Notes under the pieces: model-generated
What the model was told of the DNA's origin: nothing
What the model saw: the letters and a program-made list of their open reading frames with translations, nothing else
Database searches by the model: none
Source: Lama guanicoe
Lineage: Eukaryota
Direction: 5' to 3'
Assembly (NCBI GenBank): GCA_013239625.1
Contig: MU053418.1
Span: forward strand, 1 to 64,000
DNA length: 64,000 bases
Position numbers and translations under genes: made by a program
Shown: positions 25,706-37,155 of the stretch, piece after piece
Position numbering within the stretch: position 1 is the first letter of the stretch
How the letters are laid out: each line of letters starts with the position of its first letter

Positions 25706-27059
25706 GTTGACTCCCAAGTTCACATTTTGGCTCTTTTTACCTTCTAGCCTGGTACTGCCTCTTCCCCTCTCCAACCTGCTTGCCTTCCTGAATCAAAACT
25801 AACCATACCTTAATTGATCCATCCTAGCTCCAAAGTGGAAACACATGATAAGGGTTTAGGCATCAGCCTTTCCTACAGAATTTGTGTGTTAATGGCAATT
25901 ACTGGCCTAATGCTGAAAGGATAAACCTGAGCAGGTGGAACTAACCTATCAGTCCACAGGTGGGAGAGGATTTGGGCAAGGAAGGGGCAGGCCCAGGCTT
26001 CGGGGAGAGGACAGGGGGGAATAGCACTCCCACCTCCCACTTTCCCTTCCCCTTCATTGACCTTGAGGTTCTGCATCCGTAATGCGATAATACAACCCAA
26101 TCTGGCAAGGTGGGGATGACACTTTACTCATGTCATTTATGAGCAAGTTCTTGGTACTAAGTAGTGGTCGGTTAATTGTGACTTTTCATCTTGGTCTGGC
26201 TGATAACTGAAGTGGGTATCCCCTTAGCATGAGATTGATCCCCCTTTTAACTCAGTCTTCTTAGCCTTCCCACATGCTCTAGGATGCCCTGGTTCTGTCA
26301 TGAGACAGAGAGCTTCATCTTCAAGATCTAAAGTTGTATGAAAGAGTATCCAGGAGTTGGTTGTGAGGCAAGAGCCTTGTCAAAGCCGGCCACCATGATG
26401 GAGGGGAAGTGCTCTGTGTGCGGCGCTGTGGCACAGGAAGGGCAACAGTTTGGAGCTAGGCCCTTCTGAATAAGATCCACTGTCCCCTGCTTGCTGGCCC
26501 CTGAAGACCTTAATTAGCACTTCTGAGAACCAGGATTCTCACTTGTAGAATGGGCTCAGGAAAAACCCTGCTTCACTGTGAGGCTTAAAAGAAATGACAG
26601 TTCAAAAGGGTTTTGCATAGAGTTTGTGCTCAATAAATGCATCCTCTTCTCCTTGTCAAACATTCAAGTGTGAAGGGTTATTTTTTTAAGAATTCTTCTC
26701 AATACTTTTGGCTTCTGGCCTTGGCAATTCAAGATGGCAGCCTGTGCCACAGCTGGACTTGTTACTGTCATTGTGTTTTCCTTCCTCCCCATCAGAAGAA
26801 ACTAGTGCAAACTTCCACATCCCTGACAGCAGGCAGGGAGGGGAGGATCAGATGAGGACCATCTGCTCCTTGTTCCCCTGCAGAAGGGCACTGGCCAGCC
26901 ATGTTTAGTGTTCAAGTCTCCCCCTGTCAGGTCCTTTGGGCTTAGATCTCACATCCTGATGCTTTCAGAGGGGGTGGGGCAGAAAAGCTGGATCCTGCAC
27001 CAGTGTCACATGAGCCCAGCACTTACCATGTTTCACAGGTGAAACTGGAGAGGAGCCTG

Positions 27060-27280
27060 GGCCCTGCTCTCATGCCTGAGCTCATGTCCCAAGCTCAGTG
27101 ACTTTAGACAAATTGCCTAACCTCACTGTGTCTCAGCTCACTCATCTTTAAAACAGAAGTCACAGAGATGAAAGTAACTCCCTCATACAATTTTTTTTAT
27201 GAAGACTGAGTTATGCAGGCAAAGTGCTTCATCTGGTGCCCAGAACATGGTCAATAGTTAATAAATGTTAGCTGTTTTCT
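27060..27280 (-). mobile_element. MIR SINE
   Basis: gtgactttagacaaattgcctaacctcactgtgtctcagctcactcatctttaaaa...aataaatgttagctg. Confidence 0.7.
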
Positions 27281-27499
27281 TACGTTACTCGTATCATCCT
27301 TGATCCCCGCAAGCTGCCCAGGGCTTAAGCAGGCCATATGTGATGTATTCCTTTTCTAGAAAAGTAAACCAAGGCTGCAAGTTTCATGGCCCGGGAGCCC
27401 ACAGGAACGAGTGGCCGAGCCTGGATCCCTGCAAGATACTGCATGACAACAGTGTCCACACCACTACTTGATCGTGCCCAAACACTGTTCCACAGGTCT

Positions 27500-27610
27500 G
27501 CCTGCACAGGAAAATGCAGATTCCTGGGCTACTCCTCAGATCTACTGAGGAGCCAGAGCCTGGAAATCTGTCTTTGTAAAGTGCCTCTCAAGGAATCCCA
27601 ATGCCTAGCT
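27500..27610. mobile_element. MER5-like hAT DNA transposon fragment
   Basis: aaaatgcagattcctgggc...cctggaaatctgtctttgtaaagtgcctc. Confidence 0.55.
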
Positions 27611-30600
27611 GCTGTTGGGGCCGCCATCTTCATCCCTGAGCACAATGCTCATGGGTCAGTGCAGGGCAGGGGGACAGGACAGGCGCTCCTGAAATAACAA
27701 ACAGCTTCACAGCCAGCAGCCCAGGTGGACAGTGCTGCCTGCATATGAAGTAGGAGCTTACTGAGGTGTCGGGGAAGGAGATGGTCACTTTAATGCACAC
27801 CAATTTTTTTCCAGCTCACTGATTTCTTTCTAGATTAAATAATTTCATTGCATCCTGTGGCTTTGTAGAGAAAGTCTATTTGCATTGAATTGGAACATTC
27901 TTTGCCAAGATATTATATTTGCCCTGGACACGGCTAATTGAAAGGAGGTTGCCAAAACAAATGTGGCCCTTGGCAAGGGGCCCCTGGGGACACAGGTGAT
28001 CCAAAAATGGCACTGTACCCACCCTCCACAGCCATTCCTCCTGTAAAGGTGGAGGCACATCTCCCCAGAGGGAAATGGCATTCACCCCACACTTGCTCTG
28101 ACTTTGATCTGACCTACTCATTGAGAGGCCTCTATTTCAAATACATTTTCAGACCTGCCTTATTTTCCCTCATTCAGCAATGCGAGCATGTCTCCTTGGC
28201 CATGTGCTGGGTCTGACACCTTTAATGTGCTCAAAACCTCGGCAAGGACCCCGCTCCCACGTGGCTGAGCATAGGTTATAATATAGCACAGGGAAGGCTG
28301 TTGTAGGCAAAGGATCAGGTAATGAAGGTCATAACCTGTCCCACTCCCATGGATCCTATCATCACTGTTCTTTATTCTGACCCTGATGCTCCTTAAGGAT
28401 ACACAGGATTTTAGCAGAGCTCCCCAGGGGAAAGCAGAATCAGTGGTCTGAAGATACAAGACAGTGTGGACCCACCTTGGCTGTGCTGAGCAGATTTTTC
28501 CTTTGAAGTGACTCCCATTGAGGCCTACTGCCCTCCTTGAATTGCCTCCTAAGGATTGAGGGACAACCCCACTGTCCTGTGAGCAGACCACTTGCTCCCA
28601 AAGATCTACATCACACACACACTAAAGACAACATAATTTAAATATACCTGCAACATTACACTTACTGTTAAAGTGTTTTAATTAAATAGATACTTAGAGA
28701 AGGTTGAAGGGAGAGAAAAAGGGTCAGAGGTAGACACAGATGGGGGCTGGACACAGAATTATATACTTGTATATATGTCACAAAGGCAGGGTCACAGGGA
28801 GTGTTGATGGAGGTCCTGAGCTGGGCCCTGGGTCCACAGCAGACAAGAGAGAGGAGATCGATGCCTCACAGGACCTGCAGGGAGAGAGTGGGAACGTGCT
28901 GGGGTCACTTGTCCGCATCCCCACCCTGTGTGTCTGGTGCAGAGAAGTGAGTCTATCCAAACAAAGACACACATGGCCCTTTGCTGTTCACATTAACAAT
29001 AAAATGTCAACGCAGATTTGAAATGTATCACACAGCGTCTTTGTCCCATTGCGTCTAAAATGATGTTGAACTTGAAAAAAATGAGATGAACCTCTATTAC
29101 TGGTCACTTTTTCACTTACCAGGTGTAATGATTATATCCACTGAAAATGCTAGAAAACATGACTTTCAAAAATGCGTCATGTTCCTTGTCATCCCTTGTC
29201 CCTAAAGTACCTGCTTCTATTGCTCCTGTTGCCAGCTTCCTCCACAGCCATGTCTTCTTCATCTCTGAAAGCAGAGCCCTGTCCTGTCTTCCCCAGGCAG
29301 CTTCTAAATCTAGGATCCTTCCCTGTACTTTCTGAGCATGAGCCCTGTCCATTTTCCTAGGATGGCAGGCACTTCCCAGCATGTCTTCTCTCCTTCTCTG
29401 GATTCAGAGCTTCTCCCAGACCAGGAAGCTCCTCAATCAGTTGTCACCCTGTTCTCTGCTCAGGGCTTGACATACAGTAAATAGTCAATCAAGATTTGGA
29501 CATCAGTCACCTAAAGAAGTTATGTACTGGTTCTGATGTCATCCTAAAATTAGAATTAAATCCCAGAAAAGAATCAGGATGTCTTGAAGTAGAAGCGCTG
29601 GTTTGTTGTTTGCAAGGTCTGCAAACCAGGAACACACAGTTTTCACCTGTAATGGACAGTATGAACCCCGGGGGTTGATGGGTTGAAGGACTGCTCAAAG
29701 CCAAACCACAGAATGCATAGGTGGGTGACTTGTAAGGGGATTGGACGGCCCGTGCAGCCTGACTACAGATCCTCACAGCTGAACCGCAAGCTTTCCATGA
29801 CTGGCTGACACTGGAACATCTCCTTAGAGGTTTGACCAGGTGGGGCCCTTAGCAGAATCACAGACAGGTGTTCTATGTGGTTTTCTAAGAACTTGGAAGT
29901 ATGTGAGTGAACCCCGGACCATCACGAACTACACATTATCTCAAGCTTCCAAAACCTTGAAGTGGACAAGGGGTGTCGGGGATTGTGTACTGAAGGCTTT
30001 TTCTCAAGGTGAATTTGGTTTTGCCTTCAGACTTGGGTGTAATCATTTCTGGCCATGTCCTACAAAGCGACACTGAGCCTGTGCTCCTAAGCATCAAGGT
30101 TGACCCTCAGCCCAGGCAGGCCTTCCCCTGGGTCCACTGATCTCTCCTTTGTCTGTTCCCAGTTGAATCAGGGACATTTATCTTTCCCCCTTCAGGAAGA
30201 GCTCAGAATCTCCTACGTCTGAGGACCTATATTGTGCGCATGGGGGCATCCATCTTCAGGCGGAGAAGAGAGAGGTCACTGAGCGTGGTCTCACTCAGTC
30301 ACCTCAAAACACTGGATCCCCGGACTTTATTCTGATGGACATCATCGGTGCCACCACCCCGTATATTTGTATTTGGGGGAAAGGCAGAGCTTCCTCCCCT
30401 GCAGAAGCTGAATGCATGGAGGCCAGTCCAGTGGACTGGAGAAGGGCGGGGCAGTGGGTCGCTGATGGGGGAACCTGAGGGATGGGATGGCATTTAAGCA
30501 CCTCCCAGGATGCCTGGCATGAGGCTCGAAACTTCCTGTATTTTCCCTGGAACCTGATAAGTTTTGAAAAGAATAATTGTGCTCATCTGAGCTCAAGTGG

Positions 30601-30882
30601 ATGCCAATGTTGCAAATAAATTTCCCCTGCAGGGAACACATCTAAGAGCGTCCTTGTACTTAACGCAACGTCCTGCCTTGTTTTTAAGTTTTAGGTGTGT
30701 ACATTTAAATGAATAAACAATGATAATCATTGTATTCATCCATTACTGAGCCAGACACAATAGATTCCAAGGAATATGTTATCACTTCTGAGAATAATCA
30801 GGAATTGTAAATTCACACAATCTCAGGAACAGTGGGCATCCCGGCAAAGAAAGCAGGGGAGGCAAAAGAGTCTGACTGATAC

Positions 30883-30986
30883 TTACAGCACGAACCTCAG
30901 CTCTGCCTCTGGCGCAGTCGCAGGCAGGAGAGCTGGAGCTGACCCTCCACCCAGAGGGGTTTCCCCAGCGGGTTCTGGAGCTGGTG
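30883..30986 (-). CDS. RALGDS-like gene exon 6 (Pro/Ala-rich linker ending in a stop: APAPEPAGETPLGGGSAPALLPATAPEAELRFVL*)
   Basis: ctacag| acceptor in phase 1. Resembles the APAPEPE-rich RALGDS linker. TAA at 30885-30883 overlaps an alternative donor (CT|gtaagt), so the 3' end is uncertain. Confidence 0.6.
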
Positions 30987-31202
30987 CTGTAGCTCCAAGA
31001 AGGGAAACTCTCATCAATAGGACTGCTTTCCCACGTGTCTCACAAAGCCGGGGTTAACTCACATACTTACTCCCCTCAGTGCTACTCAATCAAATCTCAC
31101 TCCAGGATTCCACCCCCAGGGAGTCTTCCCAGACTCTGCTCTGTGGGGTCCAGTGCCTTCCCCTCCCCACCTACCAGTTCCCCCACCCTGCATCTTCCTC
31201 AC

Positions 31203-31396
31203 CGTCACTGTCTGCCTCTGGGAGTTCCAGTTGCTCCAGCTGTGCCAGGAGGAGGGGGGCCTGCTGCTCCAGGTCTGAGCCAGGCATGCTGAGCTCTACG
31301 TAAGCTACAACAGTCTTAAGGCATGGGAATTCTGGAGGCTGGTGGAAATCGTCTGGGTAATGGAAAATCCAGGTGCCCAGGATGGAGGCCATGGCC
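31203..31396 (-). CDS. RALGDS-like gene exon 5 (REM domain C-terminal part)
   Basis: AMASILGTWIFHYPDDFHQPPEFPCLKTVVAYVELSMPGSDLEQQAPLLLAQLEQLELPEADSD, similar to RALGDS AISSILGTWLDQYSEDFCQPPDFPCLKQLVAYV. 194 nt, ccag| and |gtgagg. Confidence 0.88.
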
Positions 31397-32345
31397 CTGG
31401 GGGTAGTCGGGGGGATACCAGAGTCAGAGGCTTGGACTTTAATACCATGTTGGGCTCCCAGGGTAGCCCTGCAGGGACCTGGGACTCTTTGCCTTGGCTC
31501 ACGCAAATCCAGAGGCCAGCTTTGCTCCATGTCCCATCTCAGCTGGCAGCGTGGGCAGAGGCAGGCTTGGGCACAGCGGAGGGGCTGCTACAATCCTTCT
31601 GAAGGGACAGCACAGGCGCACTGGCATGACAACCTGTCCACCACTTCAGGGACATCTGTCACACTGCTATGTCCCTCTCCCTGCCACTCCCCACTGGATG
31701 GCACGTCTGTGAGGACAGGCAGGCTGTGTGCTCTGGGCACTGACAATTAAGGGAAACGGGAGATGCTCTATGAGTGCCTGAGCCAGGAGGGAACACATAG
31801 GCTGTGTCGGTCATCCAAACTACCCACGGGCCTCCTCACTCCTCAGACGTTAGCTCCTGCACCTGCTGGCTGCAGAATCCTCCAGGGACCCTGCCTGGGT
31901 CTCCACCTGCCCCTGCCACTCAGCATCATCAGGATGGGCTTAGCTGCTCCCTGAGTTTCCCTGGGTTCCCTGAACACCAGCTGAGTCCCCACCATTGAGG
32001 CTCCACTAGATGGTGGGCAGGATGCTCTCCACCCCTCGTGTTCTGTGTCTCCCAAAGGGCGTGTGGGCAGGGATGGGATGGATAGGGGATGCTTGTGGGT
32101 TTTCTTCACTTTTGACTCTGTCCTCTGACCTCCCAGATGCCCCTCACAGCGCCACAGTCCCATCCACAGCTCTCTGGGTCTCGTCTCTTCTTTGCCAGGG
32201 GAAGTCCTAGGACTTCTGCTCTCAAGCCAGACTCGCAGGATATGCAGGATCCAGGATTCCGCCCACCTCTGCCCAACCAGAGAGCCCAGAGCTTCACACA
32301 CTATTTGGGGAAGGAGTCCTTCCCGCTTCAATCCAAGAGACTCAC

Positions 32346-32405
32346 TGTTTCAGCTGGTGCAGGGGTCCCCCGTCCTCTTCCGTAACAGGGAGGACGCATC
32401 CGTAT
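32346..32405 (-). CDS. RALGDS-like gene exon 4
   Basis: YGCVLPVTEEDGGPLHQLK, similar to RALGDS YGCILPYSDEDGGPQDQLK. 60 nt, ctctag| and |gtgagt, phase 2-2. Confidence 0.88.
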
Positions 32406-33041
32406 CTAGAGGAGAGCAGGAAGGCGTCACATGGACTGTCCCGAGCACACTAGCTGGATGTGCTGTCTAGTGTGACAGTGTGACACCCGAGAGAATGGAA
32501 GCCCTGGAGGGCAGGGCTGATGTCTGCTCGATGCATTAAATGATGGTTGTTCCTAGAAAAGCCCCTGTCCCTGGGGGCCCTTCCTATACATTTGAGGAAT
32601 GAGTGAGTGAGCCCACCTGGCCCCAAGGCGCACATCTGAGTGGGCCTGGGACCCCACTTGTCCCTCCCAGGGATCCCTGTTCTCACTCTCCCAGGACAGG
32701 GACAGCTAATGGCGTCACCGATCCCCTTTGAAATGGGAAAACAGTTCCACCCGAGGCCAAAGTCCCAGTGACACAGGAGGCAGACGCTAGCTCTTGGGCA
32801 GGAGGACAATGACAAATTCGCACAACCACAGCCCCGCCAGCTGCCCTTTCCGTGAGCCAGGTCCCCGGAGAGCACCTTCCATGAAGGTCTCCCTCTGTTC
32901 CTACCCTCCTAGGGCCTGATCCTCTCTTGACCCCAGCGTGCAGGGGGGACACTGAGGCTCAGAGAGGTAGAGGAACAATGCCTCATGGCTCTGATGGTAG
33001 GTGGCCAGGTCCCCAGTGTCCCATGAAGTCACAGTGCTCAC

Positions 33042-33235
33042 CTTCGGAACAGATGGTCCAGCACCTGCTGGGCGGTGGCAAAAGTTCGATAATTGCCCAG
33101 AAACGTGCTCACATAGGATGGGTGCCCGCCCAGGACGGCAGGCACCAGCTTTGCCACCAGCTTCTCCAGCTTGTGTCGCTGGAGGCTCCAAGCCCTGTAG
33201 GCCTCATCCCTGCTCCCTGATGGTCCAGCTCCCCC
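33042..33235 (-). CDS. RALGDS-like gene exon 3 (REM/RasGEF_N domain start)
   Basis: ...KLEKLVAKLVPAVLGGHPSYVSTFLGNYRTFATAQQVLDHLFR, similar to RALGDS TLEKLVEHLVPAFQGSDLSYVTIFLCTYRAFTTTQQVLDLLFKR. 194 nt, cccag| and |gtgagc. Confidence 0.88.
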
Positions 33236-33870
33236 CTGGGGTGGAAAGAGGAGAGACATGAATCAGAGGCAGCACCGGGGACCCCCAGGCACTTGGGGCT
33301 GGAGATTAGACCGAATCCTCAAGCCTCAAGCTCTCGTGCCTGAGGTGGAACAGGGGAGCCCTGAGCAGATCCAAGGTTCTCGGCATCACCAGTACCAGGG
33401 GCGAAGGGCGATGATGAAATGAATCAGTGTCTCAGATCCCTGTGTCAGCACCGCAGTGCAGGCCCCTCCCTGCATGCACTGCATCATCCCCGTGACTGCT
33501 GTCACAGCATCCCATTCTAGGGATGAGAACACAGTGGCTGAGCCTGGGGTGGGAGGGCTCAGGATCTTCAGGTTAATGTGGCCACGTGGGGATGGAGAAG
33601 AAACAGGACAACGTGTAGAAAAATGCAGAAATACCCTTGACTTCACATAGACTGAAGTTCTGTCCGAGTCTCTTTCTGAGATTCGGACTCATATGTGGGC
33701 ACTGACTTTGCTTCTGGCCAAGGCAGGGCCTGGGTTTTTACGGCAGATGGGGGAGACGGGGCATCAGATCCCTTTGCCAGCAGCTCTCTTAAGAGGCAGC
33801 CCAGGGGAGAAGCGGGGCAGCAGCGGGGCCCGGGGCTTCCTGGATGTGGAGTCTCCTCGCTCGCACTCAC

Positions 33871-33981
33871 CCTGAGCACGTCCTGGGCTCTGCTGCTGTC
33901 GTGGGGCACCTGCGCCTCCTGCAGGGAGGTGGAGCGGGGATCTCCATGGACCAATTCCTGTCCCGTCCCGTGTGTGGAATC
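33871..33981 (-). CDS. RALGDS-like gene exon 2
   Basis: DSTHGTGQELVHGDPRSTSLQEAQVPHDSSRAQDVLR, a diverged match to RALGDS SSTQEIGEELINGVIYSISLRKVQLHH. 111 nt, tttacag| and |gtgagt, phase 0-0. Confidence 0.82.
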
Positions 33982-34381
33982 CTGTAAATACAGTGCCCAG
34001 AGGCCAGGCAGGAGCCTCAGAGCCCTGTCTGGTTCTCTGACCCATAAGACATCTGCAGTCGTGACACACATCCACCACTGTCTGCACAGACCTCCTTCAG
34101 GGGCAGAAAAGCTGACAAAGTGGGTGCCTTGAATACCCATTGAGACAGAGAAGATGCCCCTCAGGAGTCCTCTTTCTCCCTTATCAGCCCTGTCCTTGGG
34201 TGCGGCCATGACAGGACCCCCAGGTTACCAAGTGTTCAACAAGCCATTCCTGCCCAGAGGGGACACCTCCTCTCAAGTCCCCCTTCAGCGACATGGAGAT
34301 GAGGGGAAGCGGGCCTGCCCAGGGAGGGCCCCCAATGGAGGCCGGTCCCAGACTGGCCTTCTCCAGGCCACCCAGCGTTAC

Positions 34382-34519
34382 CTTAGGTGACCTCCTCAAA
34401 ATAGGCCACAGGCGCCTGGGTGGAGGGTTCCACAGACGCCTACAGCCACCGAAGAACCTCGCAGTCCAGGGTTTCCTGGCGGAGAAGCCCCGGGAGACCG
34501 GGAAACAAGAGGAGAACAT
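34382..34519 (-). CDS. RALGDS-like gene exon 1 (start codon)
   Basis: MFSSCFPVSRGFSARKPWTARFFGGCRRLWNPPPRRLWPILRRSPK. aggATG with a purine at -3; AAG|gtaacg donor; 138 nt. Resembles the N-terminus of multi-copy laurasiatherian RalGDS-like predicted genes, as recalled. Confidence 0.8.
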
Positions 34520-34579
34520 CCTGTGTCTTCAACTGTCTCCAGCCAAGTGCGCTGGCTCTGGAGCTGTTGTCCGAATGTG

Positions 34580-34660
34580 GGTGCCTGGTAACCAGGTTCC
34601 ATTTCGGTTGGGGTCTGTTAAGGATGTGATGTCACTTCCTGGTTTCCACTTCCTGGAACC
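34580..34660 (-). promoter_or_regulatory. Putative proximal promoter of the RALGDS-like gene (2x ETS, CRE-like, X-box-like)
   Basis: CCAGGAAGTG twice (34633-34642 and 34647-34656, minus strand), TGACATCA at 34627-34634 and GTTACCAGGCAC near 34581-34592. Confidence 0.45.
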
Positions 34661-35809
34661 CCTTCCTCAGACAACACTTCCACACACTGCCCTCCTGGCT
34701 GCTGCCTGCTCATGCCCTTCTCCAAGCAAACCTACATCTTTCATAGTTACAGCAGCCCCACCCTCCCCACAACTCCCGGGAGGGTCTGCGTGCCGCTGTG
34801 AGAAGATGACCTGGTATGCAGACTTAACTCCTCATTCTTACCTCTTCTCCATCCTGCATAATTCCTTGTGTCTGTCCAGGTCTGTCTATCTCCCCACCTT
34901 CACAGTGGGAATGATTCTAGCAGGTTCTTCTAGGGATGTCCTCATGCATATGCAGAATAAGTCCTGAAAAGTGGGGGAGTGTTGTCATGTGTGGGTGATG
35001 TCTCCTACCCCTTTTTTCTTTTTCTTTCTTCCTCCTCTATGTTCCTCTTCTGATCCCACCCCATCATCCTTATTCAATGTCATTGAGCACAGGTCTCTTT
35101 GTGTCTGTCTTTGTGTGTATATGTTTGTGTGTGTGTCTAATCCAGCACTCACACTGTGTGACCATCAGAAAACTGCCCCCACAAAAGAGTGATGGGCAAG
35201 AGTATCCTGAGGTCAAGGGTTTCTAATTTCCAAAGCAAACCCAATGAGTGTGGCTGAAGCCCTGGCTAGGTTGTCACAGCTCACAACTCAAGGTCATGCA
35301 GGTAGCAGGGCTTGTACTAGGATTAAAGACAGTGTGTCTCCACAGTCCACACTCAGTACCACAGTGCTGGGGTCAGGGAGACTGTCCACTTCTCTGGTCA
35401 CACAGTCTGGCAGGCTTAACTTCTATAGCTGGATATGCAGTGACCCAGGGACAGATGGGCAGATGGTGGCTGACATCACTAGAGTGATGTGACTATCTCG
35501 TTGGCTGCTTCCTTTATGTTCCTGTCTTTAAGTGCTTATCCTCACAACTGAGGCTGGCTGTCAGGTTTTATCCAGGCCCAATCCCAGTAGAAACAGAGGT
35601 GAGGTCACCAGGAACAAGAGGATTTTTAGTCAGCTGGAGTAACTCAGCTTGCTTGTAACCCCCTGAGAAGCACTTTTTCCCACTGACTTCATTATAAAGT
35701 GGTATCTGTTTTGCAGTTTGTTTAGATGCCTTGTATTATTTATATCACATTGTATTTATCCTTGTCTATCTGACTGACTTCCTTTAGTATGACTGTCTCT
35801 AGGTTTCCC

Positions 35810-36361
35810 AGACATACACCCCAAAGTTCACAGCAGCACTATGTACAACAGCCAGGACACAGAAGCAACCTAAATGTCCACTGACAGATGAGTGGATAAG
35901 GAAGATGTCGTATATGCACACAATGAAATACTACTCAGCCATAAAAAAGAATGAAGTAATGTCATTTCCAGTAATACAGTTGGAAATGTCATTTATCATA
36001 CTAAGTGAAGTAAGTCAGAGAAAGACAAATACATCACTTGCATGTGGAATCTAAAAAAAATGATACATATGAAATTATTTGTAAAACAGAAACAGACTCA
36101 CAGACATAGAAAACAAGCTATGGTTACCAGGATGAAAGTGTTGGTGAGGAGGGTTAAAGTAGGAGTGTGAGATTAGCAGGTACACATGACTATACACAAA
36201 ATAGATAAACAACAAGGGCCACTTTATAATGCAGGGAACTATATCCAGTAAGTATTAATAACCTATAATGACAAGCATATGAAGAATATAATGTATAACT
36301 GAATCCCTATGTTATACAGCAGGAACTAACACAACACTGTAAACCTGATACACTTCAATAA
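35810..36361 (+). mobile_element. L1 3' end (ORF2 tail and 3' UTR), preceded by a short antisense L1 piece at ~35700-35805
   Basis: gaagcaacctaaatgtccactgacagatgagtggataaggaagatg...acagaaacagactcacagacatagaaaacaagctatggttacc...cacttcaataa. Confidence 0.9.
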
Positions 36362-36781
36362 GCCATGGGGATGGAGAGGGCACAGGGATCCCAGAAGACA
36401 CACAGCTGCCCAGCCCTGATGGTGGTGGGGGCTGAAGGATGATGATGGGAGACCTCCAGGCAGAAGGACTCCTGAAGGGAATGAATGGGGAATCCTATGT
36501 TGGGATTGACTGATCAGCTTGTAAGGACCACGCTGCCAGGTGACACAGAGAATGGACCAGAACAGGTGAGGTGGGTAGCTTTGTGCCTACCTGGGAGGCT
36601 GGCACAGGAACAGACAGGAGAGAGCAAGTGTGAATGAGGCTGGGCCCAGGCTCTGTGTTTGGGGAGATGGGGAAAGGGTCAGAGGGGGCTGATGGAGAAG
36701 AGGTGACAGGATCTGGTGATAAGAAGCCCAGAAGCAGAGGGAGACGATCCCTGGGTTCCTGGCTGAGGAGCCTGGGCGGAT

Positions 36782-37015
36782 GGTGCTGCCGTTCCCCGCA
36801 CACAACACAGAGAGAGAGCAGGTTGAGGGAAGGGTGATGGCTTTCCATTTGGACATGATGCTAAAAGTGTCTGTAGAACAAGATTACACTGTATAGCACA
36901 GGGAAATATACACAAAATGTTATGAGGTGCTGCCCCACACACAACACAGAGAGAGAGCAGGTTGAGGGAAGGGTGATGGCTTTCCGTAAGGACATGTTGC
37001 TAAAAGTGTCTGTAG
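36782..37015 (+). repeat. ~90-bp direct duplication (36782-36876 and 36926-37015) flanking a 49-bp L1-like insert
   Basis: Both copies read cacacaacacagagagagagcaggttgagggaagggtgatggctttcc...ggacatg.tgctaaaagtgtctgtag. Confidence 0.93.
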
Positions 37016-37029
37016 GCCTCTGACTCTGA

Positions 37030-37155
37030 GTCCACCTGCCTCGCATCACTGGGAACTTAGAGAAATGCAATTTTTCAGGCCCTACCCCAGACCTCCTAGA
37101 TCAGGAACCCTGTGGGTGGGTGGGGCCAGCAATCTGGGTCTTAATAAACCCTCCA
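37030..37155. mobile_element. MER5A hAT DNA transposon
   Basis: gggaacttagagaaatgcaatttttcaggccctaccccagacctcctagatcaggaaccctgtgggtggg...ggggccagcaatctg. Confidence 0.8.

Noticed and set aside
33643..34967. 188-aa (-) and 224-aa (+) ORFs as standalone genes
   Set aside because: The first is RALGDS-like exon 2 with intronic read-through. The second is antisense to exon 1 and the promoter, with no recognisable homology.
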